This document shows positions 27,847-31,441 of a DNA stretch of 31,441 nucleotides, one piece after another; the stretch's first letter is position 1, and each line of letters opens with the position of its first letter. The notes below the pieces were generated by a model. It was not told the DNA's origin. It was given only the letters and a program-made list of their open reading frames with translations, and made no database searches. The DNA is from a virus (taxonomy: Duplodnaviria > Caudoviricetes), in IMG/VR virus record IMGVR_UViG_3300029318_000058, positions 1 through 31,441 of that record; one strand, written 5' to 3'. Position numbers and translations under genes: made by a program.

Positions 27847-28120
27847 TTCGCCAAGGGCGAGGGATTAGTGTTATTACCCTCATGCTTTCAGCTACAGATA
27901 TACATTCATCATTTGCCTACTTACAACCACCTTCGAATACCTCAGGCATTTGCCCATACTTCATCTCCAGTGTACCTTACGCCTCTGTATAGACGTTATT
28001 CAGTCAGCCGATACTGATAGCTATTCAGTACCACGAAACTTCGAGAGCCGACACCATGCTATTCATAGGTGCTTTAGCGGTGATCATGGTCCACTAGCAC
28101 TAGCTCTCTCGCTCAGCGAA
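27847..28120 (-). ncRNA. Putative large structured ncRNA, element B (about 275 nt)
   Basis: Fills the whole intergenic gap and is closed by UUCGCUGAG/CUUGGCGAA. At least six internal helices, several with minus-strand G-U pairs, and a 6-bp pseudoknot ACCAUG/CAUGGU. Confidence 0.75.
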
Positions 28121-28122
28121 AC

Positions 28123-28533
28123 TTATAACTCTGCTCTAAATGAACAGAACTTATCTGATTTAACACGATCTAGTATTTTTTTACCTAGTTCATATCGTGC
28201 ATACCACATTAGATAGTAGTGGTATTTACTTTTTTGATGATCTTCTATTGACTGACCTGTTTCTGGTACAGGTACATTCAATAGCTTACACATTTCTTCT
28301 CTAGTATAGCCATCATTCTTTTTGAAGAAATCATCTAGTAAACCTTTTCTCCAATCTAAACGCTGACAACATTCATCTAAACCTGCTTGTATTTTTGGTA
28401 TATGTTCATCATCAAAATAATATTCAAGATAATCTGGTTGAAATCCTATTGATCCAAAGAAATCTGCATCATTACTAGATTGTATACCAAACCAGAACTT
28501 ACCTTCTATATCACCCTCGTAATATCTACCCAT
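28123..28533 (-). CDS. Conserved hypothetical phage protein
   Basis: MGRYYEGDIEGKFWFGIQSS..ADFFG N-terminus; GGAGG RBS. Confidence 0.75.
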   Translation of the reverse strand: MGRYYEGDIEGKFWFGIQSSNDADFFGSIGFQPDYLEYYFDDEHIPKIQAGLDECCQRLDWRKGLLDDFFKKNDGYTREEMCKLLNVPVPETGQSIEDHQKSKYHYYLMWYARYELGKKILDRVKSDKFCSFRAEL

Positions 28534-28777
28534 TTCTAATAGCCTCCTTTAGTTTTACTGCTGCTTCATTTAAATACTTAATCGTATGTGTTGTTTGAAT
28601 TAGTTCTGCTTCTACATTATCTATAGTAGAACAGAGTTGTGTTATCATTTCATTATGTACTAACACAACCTCATCAAACTTATGTCTAGATACAACATCA
28701 GTAGGAGCTATATCATCATACATTTTTTGTACTGACTCAATCCATCTGAGTTGTAATACTTTCATTGACTCACTCAT
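28526..28777 (-). CDS. Hypothetical protein
   Basis: 83 aa, GGAGG RBS, coupled to neighbours. Confidence 0.65.
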   Translation of the reverse strand: MSESMKVLQLRWIESVQKMYDDIAPTDVVSRHKFDEVVLVHNEMITQLCSTIDNVEAELIQTTHTIKYLNEAAVKLKEAIRNG

Positions 28778-28961
28778 TATCTTCCTCCTTCATATCCACT
28801 GGCTCTAGCCATTCACCATGTCCTTCACATTCTTCACATGGATCACATTCATCAGGAGCATTACCCCATGGTATTACACCTAGTCCATTACATCTAAAGC
28901 ATGGTACGGACACACTAAACTCAACGTTTAAGTCCGTTTCTGCATATGTTTTTGTACTCAT
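28770..28961 (-). CDS. Small DnaJ-type zinc-finger protein
   Basis: CFRCNGLG...CEECEGHG (CxxCxGxG twice). Start moved to the ATG after GGGAGG. Confidence 0.75.
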   Translation of the reverse strand: MSTKTYAETDLNVEFSVSVPCFRCNGLGVIPWGNAPDECDPCEECEGHGEWLEPVDMKEEDNE

Positions 28962-29151
28962 CTCGTTCCTCCCAAGTTTCAATTAGTTTATTCAAACGAT
29001 CACTTACATCTTTGATACGATCCTCTAAATTTTGTGATGCTTCAAATACATATTTAGCATCAGTCATAATTACTCCTGCTTCTTCTTGGCATTTACCAAG
29101 ATCAGTTAGTATATTCTCAATGACATTCTTATCTAATAGATTACTCATCAT
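28921..29151 (-). CDS. Hypothetical coiled-coil protein
   Basis: Start moved from 29232 to the ATG after GAGGGAAG. Confidence 0.55.
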   Translation of the reverse strand: MMSNLLDKNVIENILTDLGKCQEEAGVIMTDAKYVFEASQNLEDRIKDVSDRLNKLIETWEERDEYKNICRNGLKR

Positions 29152-29431
29152 CTTCCCTCTCTGGTATATCTTCGTAGTCTGGATCTGGATAGTCATCTCG
29201 GATTGCATCATCAACAACATCATAGATCTCATCCTTTAGTCTGAATGGATATCCTCCTTGCAACATTGATATATAGCAGTTTTCTTTTAGTTCCTCCCAT
29301 GTATCAAATCCTACGAACTTGTTTTCATCATATACTTTCATTAGATAATCTAATGCTTCATCATCTAGAGTATCACCCTCATAGTCTGATGGTGGTATAT
29401 CACTGTCTTGTATTTTCTTTAGTAATGACAT
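29141..29431 (-). CDS. Very acidic hypothetical protein
   Basis: 96-aa D/E-rich ORF, AGGAGG RBS. Confidence 0.7.
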   Translation of the reverse strand: MSLLKKIQDSDIPPSDYEGDTLDDEALDYLMKVYDENKFVGFDTWEELKENCYISMLQGGYPFRLKDEIYDVVDDAIRDDYPDPDYEDIPEREDDE

Positions 29432-29492
29432 TTATTCCTCCTTTTGAATAATTCAAAACATCGGATTCGGACCTTACAATCTAACGCAAGGC

Positions 29493-29618
29493 TTAAGCCT
29501 TGCTGTCGTCATCCAGTATTTGACGTACAAATTTATATGATAGATATCCTCCTACTATCATAGATATAATATATAATACTAGAACAATAGATCCTAGCAC
29601 AGATAGTACTGTCATCAT
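29493..29618 (-). CDS. 41-aa single-TM membrane peptide (not in ORF track)
   Basis: MMTVLSVLGSIVLVLYIISMIVGGYLSYKFVRQILDDDSKA; ATGA overlap with the upstream stop. Confidence 0.65.
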   Translation of the reverse strand: MMTVLSVLGSIVLVLYIISMIVGGYLSYKFVRQILDDDSKA

Positions 29619-29908
29619 TGTTTCTTACCTTTCTTTTTGTTCACAATGTATTTGGTTACACGATTAGCAGTAAACACAATGTATATCCATACTGGAGCTG
29701 CGATTACAGATAGCACCAGAGTTGGATTGATACCCAACAATAGCATCATAAATACAAACCCACCACCAAGTGATAGATATACGATAACAAATGTTCCTAT
29801 ATAATCTGCATTAGATTGGAAATCAAAACTTGTCAGAGCTTTGAATATATCCTTGAACATCGTTATGATTGATAGACTTAATACGCCTAATATTTTTCCT
29901 ATGGTCAT
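29615..29908 (-). CDS. Small multi-TM membrane protein
   Basis: Two to three hydrophobic segments and a basic tail; AAGGAG RBS. Confidence 0.7.
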   Translation of the reverse strand: MTIGKILGVLSLSIITMFKDIFKALTSFDFQSNADYIGTFVIVYLSLGGGFVFMMLLLGINPTLVLSVIAAPVWIYIVFTANRVTKYIVNKKKGKKQ

Positions 29909-29960
29909 TGTTACACTCCTTCCACATTACATATATTAGAAAACATAAAGCTAATTCCAT
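29823..29960 (-). CDS. Possible small peptide (MELALCFLIYVMW...)
   Basis: GGGAGG RBS, but an 86-nt overlap with the next gene. Confidence 0.3.
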   Translation of the reverse strand: MELALCFLIYVMWKECNNDHRKNIRRIKSINHNDVQGYIQSSDKF

Positions 29961-29992
29961 ACGGACCTCCCTCAGTTCATCCCACTCGATAT

Positions 29993-30036
29993 AAAAAAAA
30001 TAGTTGGACAATGGGGTAGAAACCCCACTATCCCAA
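29993..30036 (-). terminator. Rho-independent terminator in the early operon
   Basis: Minus strand: GGAUAGUGGGG-UUUCUA-CCCCAUUGUCC stem followed by a U-tract. Confidence 0.8.
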
Positions 30037-30045
30037 ATAAAACTT

Positions 30046-30549
30046 TTACTTCAGCATAGACTCTGTCAATCGCTGCACATCTGCCAATTCCTTTGGTGTC
30101 ATGTCTTTCAATGTTCTGACACTACCATTTGACTTCTGTGGCAATTTACGTTTTTTGTAATCCTCTTGGTATAATTCAAGATACAACTTAGCTGCTGCCT
30201 CATTCATAGCTTGAAATTTACGATACAAAGCATCATATGTTTTTGCAAGAGCTACCTGACTGTCAAAGTTAGTCTGTGCTATTTCTTGACCTGTCGTTGC
30301 AACACGCTCATTGATAATACTGTCTTGCAAATTATCTTTTGCTTTATCGTAATATCCTTTGAATGTTTGCATTGATTTGAAAGTGCTGTTGCAAATACCC
30401 CACAGGTAGATATTCATATACTTGGTATCAATACCAGATGTTTGATCTACTTGTGCTTGGTAAATACTATACCAATCTACCCCTGTCATTGCATTGATTG
30501 CATCAATTTCAGCGGCATTAGTTTCGATACGTGGAACAAAATTAGTCAT
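30046..30549 (-). CDS. Hypothetical early protein
   Basis: 167 aa from the ATG after GGAGG. Confidence 0.75.
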   Translation of the reverse strand: MTNFVPRIETNAAEIDAINAMTGVDWYSIYQAQVDQTSGIDTKYMNIYLWGICNSTFKSMQTFKGYYDKAKDNLQDSIINERVATTGQEIAQTNFDSQVALAKTYDALYRKFQAMNEAAAKLYLELYQEDYKKRKLPQKSNGSVRTLKDMTPKELADVQRLTESMLK

Positions 30550-30733
30550 ATACAACCTCCAATTCTTGTTGTGTTTGTTCATCTAGCTCTGCAAGATCCT
30601 CATAACCCATATACTGGTTAATACTTGCTAGAGTATTTTCCTCTAGAGCTGCCTCATCAAACTTTTTCTGAGCTTTTAAATCCCTAATTCTCTGAACTTG
30701 TTTGACGTATTCTTCTTCAAATGGATTAAACAT
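30542..30733 (-). CDS. Hypothetical early protein
   Basis: ATG after GAGG; coupled to neighbours. Confidence 0.6.
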   Translation of the reverse strand: MFNPFEEEYVKQVQRIRDLKAQKKFDEAALEENTLASINQYMGYEDLAELDEQTQQELEVVYD

Positions 30734-30917
30734 TTTTATCCTCACTTTCTTCTATCGCCTTGGCGAGATCCTCTATCGCCTGATGGTAACCATCTATGTA
30801 AAGCCAATCTGGTCCATCACCACCCCCTGATTTCTCAAGTTCTTGTTTTTTTGTAATACCGATCCATTTGAGTTTCTGAAGCAGTATGAAGCCAGTACGT
30901 AAATCTAGTTTTTTCAT
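30726..30917 (-). CDS. Hypothetical first early protein
   Basis: ATG after AAGGAG; Y..GY..AI.DL motif. Confidence 0.6.
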   Translation of the reverse strand: MKKLDLRTGFILLQKLKWIGITKKQELEKSGGGDGPDWLYIDGYHQAIEDLAKAIEESEDKNV

Positions 30918-30927
30918 TATATAACTC

Positions 30928-31237
30928 CTTTCTAGATTTCTAAAGATTATCATAAACTTTAGTCAAGGTTGGCGAGACGCACGAGCCTATCTCAATGTCG
31001 CACACCTTCGTGCGATATTTAGACGATTTTGGAGGAATCAGCGCCTCGAAGCGCCCTCCAAAATTGCCTTGCACTTTTATGATATCCTAGTAAATCTAGA
31101 GAGAGAGAAGGACTAACCGAACAGACTCGATTGTCTTGGCATCTGCGTAGCAGATCTAAACACGTGGATCGCTGTGAGCTAGTCCCAGTCCTAGAATACC
31201 ATGTATTCATCGGCTAGGAGGGTGGTTCTATGCCACC
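30928..31237 (+). other. Structured divergent control region (candidate origin, packaging site or antisense RNA)
   Basis: Long imperfect inverted repeat (30928-30969 / 31066-31103) enclosing three hairpins, followed by about five more hairpins. The wobble pairs found favour the + strand. Confidence 0.6.
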
Positions 31238-31272
31238 ACGAGTAGACGATACAAATGATTACAAAAAAGTAC

Positions 31273-31302
31273 TTGACAGCCAATATTGGCACAGGGTATC
31301 TA
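31273..31302 (+). promoter_or_regulatory. Promoter for terS with a palindromic operator in the spacer
   Basis: TTGACA, 18 nt, then TATCTA; perfect palindrome GCCAATATTGGC at 31279-31290. Confidence 0.6.
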
Positions 31303-31307
31303 TCGTT

Positions 31308-31441
31308 ATGGCTAGGACAATGAAAGGTCAAGACGGTTTGACATACAAACAACGGTTATTGGTCGATACCCTCGTAACGTCTGGTTGCACCATAACCGAA
31401 GCTGCGAAAAAGGCAGGATATTCTAAGACAGAAAGTGGCAG
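31308..31441 (+). CDS. terS: Terminase small subunit (3'-truncated, not in ORF track)
   Basis: MARTMKGQDGLTYKQRLLVDTLVTSGCTITEAAKKAGYSKTESG matches the LT.KQ...T.AA..AGYS TerS helix-turn-helix motif. Confidence 0.85.
   Translation, partial: MARTMKGQDGLTYKQRLLVDTLVTSGCTITEAAKKAGYSKTESG

Noticed and set aside
28040-28112. Pistol-ribozyme-like features in the 5' domain of element B (loop pseudoknot, AAA linker, AG before the pseudoknot strand, GU between helices)
   Set aside because: It would need a circular permutation with an implausibly short linker, and the G-Y-G after the pseudoknot is GUC. Not called, though a cleavage assay is cheap.
27847-28120. Known riboswitch, tmRNA or group I intron identity for element B
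   Set aside because: GCUAAA (SAM-II), CUCAGG (glycine, opposite strand) and GGGCAAA (c-di-GMP) fragments occur without their other required motifs. No tag reading frame or P7 core is visible.
27765-28216. Plus-strand ORFs 27765-27992 and 27950-28216
   Set aside because: Antisense to the early operon, with non-ATG starts, no RBS and atypical composition; better explained by the structured RNA.
30751-30781. 10-nt direct repeat TCTATCGCCT
   Set aside because: Encodes a repeated AIE peptide within a gene; only two copies, so not an iteron or CRISPR array.
31019-31210. 63-aa minus-strand ORF in the control region
   Set aside because: No RBS, atypical composition, and it overlaps the hairpin array.

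Overview
The window holds most of the genome of an AT-rich lytic podovirus. Its gene content and order resemble marine HTVC010P-like pelagiphages (inferred from protein motifs and synteny, not from a database search). The + arm (1-23.9 kb) runs: terminase large subunit C-terminus, portal, scaffold, major capsid, tail tubular A and B, three internal virion proteins, a multi-gene tail-fibre cassette, lysis genes, a metallophosphoesterase and a DUF968-like nuclease. The - arm (23.9-30.9 kb) carries SSB, a Rad52/Sak-like annealase, a YqaJ exonuclease, DUF3310, DUF932 and many small early genes. A highly structured non-coding control region (30.92-31.30 kb) follows, then the start of terminase small subunit. 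No DNA or RNA polymerase, primase, helicase, integrase, tRNA or CRISPR array is visible. The most novel signal is non-coding: two strongly folded minus-strand RNA elements (about 24.24-24.35 kb and 27.85-28.12 kb) bracket the recombination/DUF932 module and share one ordered core (AGRCRUAAGGUA-N17-hairpin-CCUGAGGUA-variable-AGGUGG). Other notable items are a pseudoknot over an unlisted zinc-ribbon gene, a plus-strand multi-hairpin control region, a nested motif in the capsid leader, a 12-aa four-Cys micropeptide and conserved nucleotide boxes between tail-fibre modules. All folds were derived by eye.
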